NCBI RefSeq assembly: GCF_009914755.1
Contig: NC_060933.1
From: the human T2T-CHM13v2.0 reference genome, Homo sapiens
Direction: 5' to 3' (one strand)
DNA length: 64,000 bases
In this document: in pieces, positions 29,620 to 42,430 of the stretch
Numbering within the stretch: the stretch's first letter is position 1
Layout: each line of letters starts with the position of its first letter
Translations under genes and position numbers: made by a program
Notes under the pieces: generated by a model
Seen by the model: only the letters and a program-made list of their open reading frames with translations
The model's database searches: none
What the model was told of the DNA's origin: nothing

Positions 29620-30815
29620 GTTAAAGTTCCAGTTTCAGCCTCCTCCTCCAAGAAACAGACCTATATCTCTAGGTGCCTACTCCAGGTTTCTGTTGGGATA
29701 TCTTAATGACACAACATAACATGTTCAAAGTCCAGTATGCCATCTGATTAAGAAATATTGGTTATTTTGATGTTTTTATCCATTGAGGGATATCACTATA
29801 AAAATAATAATGAATGAGTATTAATTATATTCCAGACAGTGCTCCAACTACCAACCTATGCCAACTCATTTAATCCATGTCACGTGCCTATGGTGCAGGT
29901 ATTAGAAATGGCTCAATTTTTTTCATAAAGGGAATAAGTGCCTTGCCCAAGATCATCCATCTAGTAAATGGTAAGAGTTGTCTCAGAGCCTGTACACATA
30001 ACTACTATGCCATACTGCCACCTTCTGCCAATGCTATAAGCCAGAGGTCTGTGAGGTATCTTGAAACCCCTCCCTCACTCCACAACATGCAGTCCATCAC
30101 AAGACCTGTCGATTTTACCTCCTTTGATCCATCCGTTTCTCAACATTTTCACTGTCACCACCCAAGTCTAAGTTAGCACCATCTGGCATTTTCCAAAGCC
30201 TCAGAACTGACCTCCTGAGATCCACACCTGCTTCCCCAACCTGTTGTCCATGCTCCAACCAGAGTGGCTTTGCAGATTGCCCATATGATCATCTTTACTA
30301 CTGTCCTGCTTAAACCCCTTCAATATTTATCCACTGGGCTTAAAAGAAAAACAATCTTTTTGCTGCACTGCAGGACTCCTCTGTGCACACCTCTTCAGTC
30401 TGGTTCTCACCACTCTGAGCTCCAGGTAAACTGAAATGCTTTCAGGTCTTTTAATACACTATGTACTTTGATACAGAGCCTTAACACATGGTGTTCCCAC
30501 TCACTGAAATGCTCTTTCCCAGGCTCCCTACCATCTTCAACAACTTAGCATCTGCTCACCCTTCATGTTTCACTCGAAGGAGACTTCCTCAAGGAAAACT
30601 TTATTGAAAGACCCAGGCCACATCAGAATTCCTTTTTGTAGATTATTATACTTTGCCTTTCCATGGTCTGCAACTGTATTATTAGTACATTTATTTGATT
30701 AACATCTGTCTACCCATTAGACTGGAGCCCCAGGGCAGAGATCATGTCTGTTTTGCTAGCCACTGGGTCCCCAGCACCAAGCATAGTGTCTAGCATGTAG
30801 ACAGCACTCAAAGAG
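29620..30815 (+). mobile_element. L2 (with internal MIR)
   Basis: L2 3' region ending ctggagccccagggcagagatcatgtctgttttg...cccagcaccaagcatagtgtctagcatgtag. Confidence 0.75.
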
Positions 30816-33800
30816 TCTTTGAGAACAGGACAAACAAATGCATGCATGTATACACACATGATTGAAAAACTGTATTCCATGGGAAAATTCCACTGCACAG
30901 TCTAACAACTACTTTACCTTTCCATGTTCTTGAAGAATCAATAATCCTGAAGAAAACCATGTGGGCCTTGCTCCCCAAGGCACTGGCAGCCTCCCTGGAG
31001 AGGCAGACAACTATACAATGAGAGTTTAGAGTGTTCACTCTGACATCAGAGTTATGTACCAACATACAAAGAGCACAGGGGATGAGCATCTGCATTCTGC
31101 CTGAGCAACCAGGGCAGGCTTCTCAGAGGAGGTGAAAACATTGAGCTCAGTCTTAGAGATGGCATAAGCATTTTCTATGTGCATTGGTGGAAAGGAGAGG
31201 TAAGAGAAGGACATCTCTGGCCAAGGGAACATCACAGGTAAAAGCATGGAGTGAAAAAGCTCCAAGTAACTGAGGTGGAAAGTGCAAGACAGAGGAGCTA
31301 GATATGGACCAGAACAGATTCTAATGTCTATGTGGCTGTACACTCTATCATTTTGTGACTTGTAACAGCATGTTTATAAGAGTCCAATCACTAATAGAGT
31401 TGTTGCACTAAGTGTGTCACCCAGAGTCAGAAGAGATAGTTAGCAAGAAAATCTATACGACCCCGATGAAGTCATATGCAGAATATTGCATTTTGTTTCA
31501 GGGGCACCTCATTACCAGGCCAAAGCAGACAAATTGGAGGGAGTTCAAAAGTGAACAAGAAAAGATGATCAGGGGAATGGAGAAATTGATCTAGGCAGAG
31601 AGATTAAAAGAAATGTGTGTGTATGTGTGTCTGTGTGTGTGTGTGTATGTGTGTATAAGTGGACGCCAGGGCAACAGCCTGCAGCACGTGTGCAGGGGAG
31701 GTTGGCCAGGGGTGGAGTGGGGAGCCTGGGACACAGCATAGAGGCTAGACTGGGACCCAAGAGGGGGCTCAGAGTAAGAAAGTGCACCTGGAGCTTGAAG
31801 GTGCTGGAGCTGGGGCACCTGTGCTTGTAACAGAGGAGCCCTCCGTCACAGACTGCCAGGGTCTGCCTGGAGATTTTCCCCTATACTAAAGGGCCTGATG
31901 TGGCTCCTTTAAGAGATTCTTCAGTCATCAGAGATGTGCTAAGAGAACACGGAGCTCCAGAGAACAGGCTTACAGGTCAAACAGCCCTGAATTTGAAGCT
32001 ACCTTTTGCCATGTTCTAGCTACGTGATGCTAAGCAGAACCCTTAACCTGCCTGGGTCTCAGTTTTCTCTGGTGATGCTGAGCACTCATGGACCCATGCC
32101 TCTGGCTTTTATCTTCTTGTGGAGCTGCACTTGGCCTCATTGCAGCTGTAGTTGAAAGCCTGTTTTCTGTTCTCACCTGACCCAGGGTGAGGCTCTCCTA
32201 ACATCTGATAAGAGGTCCTCATTCTTTTCACTAACTTCATCTCTCTTGACTCTAATCATTGACTCCCATTTGAGACCTGATTCTGAAGGGTATTATATGC
32301 TACACACACACAACAGCCTTCAGGCCCTGGATGGCCCCACGGTGGCCCAGCTCCCTGTGGAGGACTTTGAACTGGGGCCTGGAATCCCGTCGAGGATCTA
32401 CCATCCACTAACTGCGGTAACATAGGCACGTTGCTTAACCTCTCTGGGCCTCAGTTATCCATCTGCACAATGGGCTCAGTAAGATCCACTTCTCTGGGGA
32501 TCCCCTAGTGTAGGAGAAAATTGTGAAGACTGAATACAGTAACGCACGTGGGGCATTGAGCACAGAGCCTGACGCACAGATAAGGCTCTGTAATGCTAAC
32601 CACTATGATGCTCTCATGAGGTCTCTGTTCCTTTTCTCAACTAATGGCTCACCCTGTCCACCAGGCTCAGGCTAGAAACCCCTGAAGCACCTGAATCCTC
32701 CTCTGTGTGCACTGACATCAGTCACATTATTTTTCACAACCATCTGAGGACTGCATCTCCACTACCATCTCCAGGGCCTGGACCACTGTTGTAACTCTAT
32801 AGCACATTTCCACTCAACTTGATCTCTGTGACCACTGCATGTCCATAGGCCAGTCTTCCTGAAACACGAGGTCCAACCACATCAAACTATTTCAATGGCT
32901 CCTTATTGACAGCAAAAATGTGAATACTTCAGCCTGGCATTCATTAGCCCTTACTAGGCCCTATGGTCCCTTTGTTCCCATGTCCTTCCATCTGCTCCTC
33001 CACCCCCTGCCTACCCCCTACACATACACATGGCCAGCATGCCAGCCACACTAATTTCCCAATGTTCCCCGAGTATGCCTTGTGCCCTAATACTTTCTGG
33101 CTTTAGTTCGCACTATTCCCATTGCCTGGAATGCTCCAACTCCTCATGCAGAATTATTGGCAGGCGACTCCACCTTCCAGTCTTCCCCAGCTCTTTGTTT
33201 CATCATAATCATTCATTTTCTCACTCAGCAAAAATTATGGAGTATCTACCTTATGAGAGGTATCTACTATACCATTTGGAGGCTGGAAATGATGCATTTC
33301 TCAACTAAGCTGGGAGCAACTTGAGATCAGGAATTGATGCATTCTCTTCATTTTTGTGTCCTGGGATGGACACATCATAAAATAAACCAGGTCACGCTTC
33401 ATTGATGCAGGAGAGAGTGTGACACAATGCAGGAACTTCACAGAATCCAGTGTGACTGTGGTATGGTGGGATGTCAGGAAGTGGCCAGAGGTGAACCTGG
33501 AGCAGAACTTGTAGGGCCTTGAATGTCATACTCAGGAGTTCCATTTTTATCCTATAAGCAACAGGGAACCTCACTGAGCTACTTTCTATAAACCAATGGT
33601 GCCGCTTTCTCTCTAGGTCTTTGCATGTGCTGTTCCCTCTGGTCGGAATACTTTTCCCCGTCTCCTCACCTGGATAATTCCTCGTCATCTCACAGACTCA
33701 AAGAAGCATCATTTATTCAGGAAGCCCTTCCTAGATCTTCCCCTGAATTAGCTCCAATGATCCTGTCTGATCATGGACTGCTGTCGTTGTGTGTTTCGTG

Positions 33801-34056
33801 CTGGTGCTGCTGACACTGTAAGATCCAATGAGATGTACGTATCTTGTTTCCTTTTGGACTTTCTGTCCAGTCAATGCCTGGTCCATGATAAAAGGAAAAA
33901 GAAAAGGAATAATGGACGAAATGATGAAAAGAAAGAGGGATTTATTAAATCTGTGTTTTAAAAAAAGTTGGGAGCTATAGAAGGATGGATTTAAGCATGG
34001 TAAGACACAGCCTATTAAGGGGCATTTGCAGTAATCCAGGAGGGACATATGTCTGT

Positions 34057-34243
34057 GGTTATTATGAGTTGAACTCTGTACCCCCAAAATTTATATGTCG
34101 AAGCCCTAACTCTCAGTACTTCAAAATGTGACCTTGTTCAGAAATAGAGTCATTGCAGATGTAGTTAGCTAAGATGAGATCGTACTGGAGCAGGGTGGGC
34201 CCCAAATCTAATATGACTGATGTCCTTATAAAAGGAGATATTT

Positions 34244-34287
<44 letters not shown>

Positions 34288-34530
34288 GGAGAATGCCATG
34301 TGAAGATGAAGAGAGGGATCAGGGTGATGCTTCTACAAGCCAAGAAATGGCAAAGATTGCCAGCAAACCACCAGAAGCTAGGGGACAGGCACAGAAAAGA
34401 TTCTTCCTCACAGCCTTCAGGAGAAAACAACCCTGATAACATCTTGATCTCAGACTTCCAGCCTCCAGAACCATGAGGCAACACAGTTCTGTTGTTTAAG
34501 CCACTCGGTTTGTGGCTGGGTTGTGGTACC
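34057..34530 (+). mobile_element. MLT1C LTR with internal (CA)n (about 34246-34283)
   Basis: gtcattgcagatgtagttagctaagatgag...caaagattgccagcaaaccaccagaagctaggg...gacttccagcctccagaac. Confidence 0.85.
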
Positions 34531-35228
34531 AACTGAGTTACAGCAGCTTTAACAAACTAATAAAGGGGCTCAGCCTGCTTTTTAGGATTGAATCCATAAC
34601 CTGACTGCCTCCCAGGAAAATTTCATACCTAGCAGGCCTGTGGCTGGTTTTTAACCTGACGCCTTCATAATGAAGAGAAAGCAGAGTCAGCAACGCCACC
34701 TTTGGCATCTGCAGAGGCTGAGAGGTTAGAGCGTCCATTTGTTTGGGAGGAAAGTCCTGCCTGGGTTGTTTGAGATCTGGCCTCCCCGTGCAGTTTGCCT
34801 TTGTGTCCTGAGCTTCACGAGAGAGAAGGAAAAAACCATCATGGGCAAACTGGCTTTTTCCCATGGGAAATTGGTGGCATCACCTGAAGAACTCTATCAT
34901 TCACGATATATTCTAAAGATGCATTTTTTCCCTTCTAACCCTAACGCCTCCTCTTCTCAGGGGCAGCAGTGGGGGGAGATGGCACTACCCCGGGCTGGAA
35001 ATGCACTTTGGAAATCAGGATGTCAATAAGACCATCTGGGTGCCCGCTCAGAGCAGAGCCTGGCCCTAGGAACTGTGGCTGACAACGTAGTTTAGCAGAA
35101 AAAGGAAAGGCAGAGGGTGTAGTTCAATTCCTGGCTCTGCAACTTTCTAGTTGTGTGGCTTTCAGCTTTCAAGTCATGCCACTTCTCTGAGCCTTGGTTC
35201 CTAGCTGCAAAATATCCGGTGATCGGCA

Positions 35229-35546
<318 letters not shown>

Positions 35547-35809
35547 TAATAAGATGGGGATAGTAGTACCACCTGGGCAAACTGTTGAAAAGTAGCAGGA
35601 TTCATAGAAAAGGTGGGAAGAACATGGGCATAGAGGCAGACCGACCCAGACTCAGATTCTGTCTCTTTTCCCCCTTTTAGGCTGTGTGACCTTGAGTTGA
35701 TGATGCAATGTGAAATCCAATTTCACCTTCTATCCAAAAGAGACTTCTCAAAGTCCAGAGTGAGTATGGGAGATGCTGCATGTACTGGCGTGGTACCCAC
35801 CTTTATCCA

Positions 35810-36320
35810 GCATTCCACCAATATTCATTGAGCACTTACTACATCCCGCACATGTTACTGGTTGGTGGGGAGATAGGCTAGTACCTGCCCTTGACCGGGG
35901 GGAGCTCACAGTCTGGCTGGGGAGACCCACAAGCTCAGAGACATGACTGCAAAGCCAGCTGATAAGGTCTCCTCCTTCTCATGGTGGGGCCATGAGATCA
36001 GAGAGCAGCAGTACCTCCCCCAAGTGCAGGATGAGGAAAGGCTCCTTAGAAAAAGGACATATAGCATGATCAGGAGTTAACCAGGCAAAAAAGGAGGGGA
36101 GGTTCCTGCCACACAGACGTGATCTCTCCCTGGAGATAGTAAAAGAACCCAGGAGACTCAGTGTGGGTGAATGGAATGCACGCTTGAGTGGGAAAAATGT
36201 GATATCTCAAGGAAAGGGGCCAGAAGACAAGAGAAACCTGGGGGACCATTCGTAGAAATTAGGACTTTATCCTGAGCACCCCTGAAGTATTTTAAAAGGA
36301 GGGTGATAGGATCCGACTTG
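35810..36320 (-). mobile_element. L2
   Basis: cattccaccaatattcattgagcacttacta...ggagctcacagtctgg...ggactttatcctgag. Confidence 0.65.
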
Positions 36321-37097
36321 AGGAGGCAGGCTGGTCTTCATGTAGAGTGATCTAGCTGAGTGCTGGTGGAGTCTGGACTCAGGAGGTTTCTGCCATCTCC
36401 AAATATGGGCTGGAGCGTCCCCCTCCCTCCATCTGGCTCTGGCAGTGGGGAAGGATTCAGGATAGATTCTAACGACTGGTGCCTGAGTATGAATAGCGGG
36501 ACGATATCAAGGACTGAGCACAGCTTCCCAGCCTGGGCAACTGGGGGAACTGAAGTGGGGAGTGTTCAGTTGCTGTTGATGGTCCTTATTTCAGTTGTTG
36601 ATATAAAGCATTCTGGAGAAACAAAGTCAGGTCCATCCTTCAGAGACTTCTCAGTGCACGAGGTCAAGCAGTGCCCCCTTGTATTGCAAATACCTAAGGT
36701 TGGGGGCCGGCTGCTCAGATGCAGGCTTCCAGACCTGGAGGGACTCTGAAGAGCAGCAAAGTCCACTGTCTCATGGCACTGATGAGGGAACTGAGGCCCA
36801 GAGAAGGGAAAGGACTTTATCAGGACCACACGGCCAGGCAGCCTGCACCCCAGCTACCCCAAACCAGGTCCTAGCCCCCTCAACCCAGAGTCCAAGAGAG
36901 AGCAGGCCTTCAGTCCAGCCATCATTTGGGTTTCAGCTGGTCTCTCCAGCATCACAAGATGAAGGCCCCTGCAGTGAGGCAGATGTCCAGCACCTCCCTG
37001 CAGATGCCACCCTGGAAGTTTATCCCCCCAAGGTCTCAGACTCACCATCCAACAAAACCATTGCAGGAATCCCACTGGCCCCCATTATCTGTTATTA

Positions 37098-37322
37098 CAG
37101 AAGTGGGAGGCTACAGCCTGCAGGCCAAATTCAACCCATCCCTTGTTTCGACAAATAAAGTTTTATTGGAACACGGCCACACCCATGTGCTTTTGTATTC
37201 TGAAGCATGGCTGTTTTCATGCTGAGTGACAGAGCTGAATGCTTATAACAGAGACTATATGGCACAAGGAGCCAAAACTATTTACTCCTTGGCCCTTGAC
37301 AGAAAAAGTTTGCTGAGCCCCA
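37098..37322. mobile_element. MER58A (hAT-Charlie)
   Basis: ctacagcctgcaggccaaat...aaataaagttttattggaacacggccacaccca...ggcccttgacagaaaaagtttgc. Confidence 0.85.
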
Positions 37323-37729
37323 GCCTAGGAGAAAGAAGGCAGCTTGGACTTCGGGGTCAGACCAAGCTTTGAGCCCCATCTCTGCCACCTGCCAGCAATC
37401 CAGACAAACCAGTCACTTGTATAACGTGCAGAGAATAGCAGTGTCTACCTCACGGGGCTGTTGTGGAGATTAAATGAAACAACACAGGTAAAGTGCTTAG
37501 CTCGGTGCCCAGCAGAGAAAGAGAGCGACAGAGAGACAGAAACAGGGAGAGATGAAAGGGAGGAATGAAGAGATCAGTGCATGACAGGCACCATTGCCTC
37601 CCAAGTTTATCATAGCCAGCTCCGTGCTATAAGGCCCTGGGGGCTACCACTTTCTTTAGGCTGTCTTTCCTTTTCCTGAGCCGGCATCGGTGCCTCTTCC
37701 ATCTATTCCCACACCCTCAAACATCAGCT

Positions 37730-38150
37730 CATAACCCTGTAGCCATTACGAACACAGCCGCCTCTCCTCGGCCCATTCACAAAAGGTTAAAAGCAGCAGC
37801 CGCCGTATGGAGCTGTAGCTGCCAGGGCTGGGAGCGAGATATTCTGTCAGCACGTCCTGAAATTCTTTTGGAAGTTTGACAGGATTAAGGGGATTAATAC
37901 ATTAAAGCATTATTACAGCATTCACAGGGGATTTTCAAAAGACTTTACACTGTGATCTATTTGTCCTGTTACATAAAACTCGCGTTAATAGGCTGATGGT
38001 GAGGGCCAAACAGAATATCTGTGGAATCAATAACCTTATTTTTTGGTAAACACATTTAGCAGGCAGAGCTGGTCATTAAGGCCTGCAGACCCTCCCACGG
38101 CGCGCATCAACGAAATTACCCTTGGAGAATCCATTTGCCAATTAAGCTGA
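37730..38150. promoter_or_regulatory. Candidate conserved developmental enhancer, copy A (core 37844-37977)
   Basis: Non-repeat; CTGTCA/TGACAG, two GGATTA, several ATTA, AATCAATA, GTAAACA; retained CpGs; gapless paralogue at 42263-42396. Confidence 0.7.
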
Positions 38151-39640
38151 GGGCTTGTCTGAGTCCTCAAGCCTGCTGATGGCAGGGGGCAGGAGAGAGA
38201 GTGTCTGCCTTCCGCCCTCCCTGGCTAACCCCCAAGTCCTGCTAAGCCAACACACACATCCCTGAGTCCCTGTTGCTGGGCAGAGGGGACAGTGCTGCAG
38301 GCAGGGGGAGTGGGATTGGTTCTGTGCCACAGTGCATTCTGGGTCTCCTGGACAACAGGAGGGGTGGCTTTAGAGTGGGTTGGGTGTGGCATAGCTTAGA
38401 TCACTCTACGGGTTAGATCACTCTACCCAAGGGGCTCTTTGTTTGTGCTGCTATCCTCTAAGCTTGATAAACAGCCTCCATTCTGCTCCCTCAACAACAT
38501 GGCTGATTTCTCCTGCTGATGCCTGCACAACACCCTCTTGCAAACTGCAAAGAATAAGGTAGCATCATAAAAAATATTAGCTTACACTTACGTAGCCCTT
38601 GCTGAGTGCCAGGCAGTATTCTGAGCACTCCACATATACTAGTTTGTTTAACAAGTACAGCAAACTTTTAAGGTAGGTTCCCCTATTATTCCCAATTTGC
38701 ATAAGAAGAAAGGGAGAGGCAGCAAGAAATTAAACTCTTGCCCAAGATAATAGAGCTGTTAAGTAACGGAATTGAGACTTGAACCCAGCAACCAGGCTCC
38801 AGAGTCCCAGCATGTAACCAGAATGCTATATCCACCAAGTTCTCCTGCTAACAAACAGTCACAAAGATTGTTTCCAACTACTAAGCAGTTACCAAATATC
38901 TAAGAACTCGTTATGGTACTTAATCCTTGCAGAAACCCACTAGCAGAGATTTTATTATAATATTCCCATTTTTTATATAAAGAAACCGAGGCTCACAGAG
39001 ATGAACAGTCAACTGGCCTAAAGTCATCTGACTGGCAAATGCTGAAGGAGAGATTAAAAGCCAAGAAGTCTGATGTCGGAGCCTAAGACTTAGTAACCAG
39101 ACCCAAGCCTGGTTGCTGGGTTCAAGTCCCAGGTCTATTATCTTGGGCAAGAGTCCTTCTGAATTCAAAGTGTAGCTATTAGGTAATGCTCAGCCATATT
39201 AACAATACCCTCAATAGTCTGTGCTAGGCCTTGGAGATGAGAAGAGGAAGAAGACATAGCCCCAGAAGAATGCTGGCCAAAGAGCTGGCACAGATCAAGG
39301 ATATGACACACACTTGGACCACCCTCAGCTCTATGCTCCTGGGGAGTAAGAATTGCTGTTCTGGTTAACATCATTGTACTCCTAGACTTAGCCCAGAACC
39401 TGGATGTAGTAAGATCTTTGTTAAATGTATTATTGAATGGATTCTCATTTTAGAAAGAAGGAGCTATAAAGCTCAGAGAGGTGACGTGACCTGTCCAAAA
39501 TCACATACCTACGACAAGGTAGGCAAAGATTTGAATTTGTATTTCTCTTCTTCCTCCTGCTTTATCTCGTCACAGTCCTCTATGCCTCCCTTTCTCCCCT
39601 CCATACACATATGCAAGCATGTAAACACACATGCATGTGT

Positions 39641-39645
<5 letters not shown>

Positions 39646-39679
<34 letters not shown>
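39646..39679 (+). repeat. (CA)n microsatellite
   Basis: Direct read. Confidence 0.9.
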
Positions 39680-39682
<3 letters not shown>

Positions 39683-40240
39683 CCACGCTCCTAAGCTTTG
39701 ACTACACCTTAACCAATTTATACTCCGGAAGGTAATGAACTCCCACTCACACAGGGCCTTTGCATGAGCAGTTCTCTCTGGCTGGTGCACTCTTCCCCAT
39801 GCTTCATCTTCACCCAGCTGATTCCTACTCATCCTTGGAGTCTCAGAATAGCTGTCATCACCACGAAGACACCTTCCCTTGACACAAAGCTAGTTTGGCT
39901 CATGGGCCCCTTTTCCTTGGCTGTCATAGCCATCTGGGTTCTCTAGTCCATCAATGTTCTATATTGTTCTGCCTATTCCCTCTAAACTGAGCCTCCTAGA
40001 CACTGGGTCTGTAATGCACCCATCTTCACCTACCCTATGCCTGGCTATGGGTCTTTAATAAATAGATGCTAAATAAGTGAACACAGTCTACCATTTTTGC
40101 AGGCTCACATACATACACATTGATGCTTATTGATGCTGTGGTCAGCCTGGTCTTGCTGTTGGGTGGTCCTTGAGGCTCCCAAGAGGCCCTTCAGGGTTAC
40201 TTATTGAAATACCAATTTGTGTTTTGTTTTTACTGTTAAT

Positions 40241-40775
40241 TATGTTAATTACCTACTGCTACATAGTATGTTATTCTCAAAACTTAGTGGGTTAAAACAA
40301 CAACAAACAATTTTATTATCTCATACAGGTTTTGAGAATCAGGAATTGGAAATGGCTTAGCTGAGTGGTTATGGCTTGGGGTCTTTCTTGAAGTTGCAGT
40401 CAAGATGTTGGCCTGGGCTGCAGTCATCTGAAGGTTGGACTGGTGCTGGAAGATCTGCTTCCAAGATGGCACACTGCATGGTTATTGGTAGAACGCCTTA
40501 GTTCCTCACCATGAGAGCCTCTCCAGAGGGCTACTTGAGTGTCCTCATGACATGAAAGCTGGCCTCCCCCACAGAGTGAGTGCTTCAGAGAGAGCAAGGA
40601 GAAAGTCAAATACTTTTCATGATCTGCACCATCACACACCACTGCTTCTGTCACATTCTCTTCATTATAATCAAGTCATTAAGTTCAGCTCACATTCAAG
40701 GGGAGGAGACTTAGGCTTCACCTGTTGGAGGGAGTAGTATCAACAAATTTGTGGACATACTTTAAAACTCTCACA
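40241..40775 (-). mobile_element. MLT1F-like LTR
   Basis: caaaacttagtgggttaaaacaac...gttgcagtcaagatgttggc...gcttccaagatggc...gagtgtcctcatgacatg. Confidence 0.8.
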
Positions 40776-40782
40776 CTACTCT

Positions 40783-40843
40783 AGGAAGGAAGGAAGGAAG
40801 GAAGGATGGGACGGAGGGAGGGAGGGAGGGAGGAAGGAAGGAG

Positions 40844-40912
<69 letters not shown>
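40783..40912 (+). repeat. (GGAA)n/(GGGA)n/(GAAA)n polypurine microsatellite
   Basis: Direct read; about 16 GAAA units. Confidence 0.95.
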
Positions 40913-40913
<1 letters not shown>

Positions 40914-42239
40914 CCTTTTCCCCTTGTCCCCATCCCAATAAACAGTCAAACCCTAGCTTTCTGTTTCTGAATGCCATTGCCAGAGGATATTTTTAAGAGT
41001 GTCTATATTTTAGCGCATGAAACCAAAATCACTTGGAAGGTAATAACCCTCAGTTCTTCTCCCTTATCAACCCCAACACTTGCTGGAAATGGAGGAAACA
41101 GAAGACTCTGACTGACTCTGAGAGAGAGAGGAGCTCCCCAAAACTGAATGGGCAATAGGGATGGGGGTATGGATTCTTCCCTTCCAAATTCCAACTCCAA
41201 AGAATGGCAGAGCCCTGCCTACAGATATCCACATGGTCTCCAACAGGGGAAATTGTTGGATGCCTGTGGAGGTGGCCACTAGGACTGAGGCCTCAAAGGT
41301 AGTAGGGGGTCTCTGTGGTATCGCCCACCATCCACTGAGAGGCACCTGCAAGGCCCTGAAGGGCCTTCTGGGAGCCTCAAGGACCACCAGAGAGCAAGAA
41401 CAGGCTGACCACAGCATCCCAACACCAAAACTACCCCAGTACCTTAGAGGCAGTCAGAGACTGAAGCCTCTTCCCCACTTGTAGGTGTCCAGGACCCATC
41501 CCAGCACCCTCCTCCCCAATCATTCTAACATGCCTGTAAGGAAGAATAGGACGACCCCATGTAGGCTGACCTGGGGAGGAAATTCTCTCCACCTTGAAGA
41601 GTGAGACTCAGAAAATATATGACCTGCTTTAGAACAAATGAAATATCTGAACAACTCATTGAGCATCACAGTCTTTGTTCCTAAGCTCTCTTGAAAGTCA
41701 GGCAGAATTTTAATCAAACAAAAACAACAAACAAGGGTGAGAAGGGAAAGAACTACTGTGTCTGTTAGCCCAACTGTCTGTCAGGAAATTGAGGCACGCG
41801 ATTTTATTTAACCCTCATGGTGGGAATTCTTATTCCCATTTTACAGCTGGAAAAAGGACAGCAGATTTATGGAATACCTTCATATGTCAGGCATTTGCCT
41901 GCAGCTTTAGAATCTTCCAACAACACTGCAATGAGCTATTATTACGTCTTACAAATGAGGAATTGGAGACTCAGAGAACCTAGAAAAGCAGCCCAAGACC
42001 ACAGAGCAAGCGATAGAGTCAGCTGCCCAGAGCTGAGTCTCTCCTTGCTGAGAAAGAATCAAGAAAGAATCTTTGTTTAATGCATCATCGTCTGTCTTTA
42101 AAAGAATCAATATTTATCTCCTGCCAAAAGTCCTCAGTTGCCATCCTGTCCTTGCAGCTCCTGAGAGCTTCCTGAGGAGTGTTGAGGGGGCAAAGGGTGG
42201 CCAGAGAGGAGTGCCCTGAGCCTCACAGACAGTGGTGCC

Positions 42240-42430
42240 CACCGCAGGGACCGGGAGAGCCACTGTCAGCTCCACAAAGCGCTTCTGTGGTAATTTGACA
42301 GGATTAAGGGGATTAATACATTAATGCATTATTAGCACTTTTATAGGAGATTTTCAGCGAGTTGAGCACGGTGATCCCTATTTCCTGTTATATAAACCGG
42401 CAGTAATTGTCTTAATTGGCCCATTGTTGC
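42240..42430. promoter_or_regulatory. Candidate conserved developmental enhancer, copy B (core 42263-42396)
   Basis: 40/41-nt identity to the copy A core plus four more conserved blocks at identical spacing. Confidence 0.7.

Noticed and set aside
34690-34712. Possible CTCF site (gccaaaggtggcg on minus strand)
   Set aside because: Only the 3' half of the motif matches; too weak without ChIP data.
36360-37225. Overlapping 99-159 aa ORFs
   Set aside because: Run through MIR and MER58A sequence; no recognisable domain.
38396-38426. Short direct repeat ttagatcactctac x2 (similar small duplications at about 21284-21336 and 51483-51505)
   Set aside because: Ordinary micro-duplications with two copies only; not an array or CRISPR-like structure.
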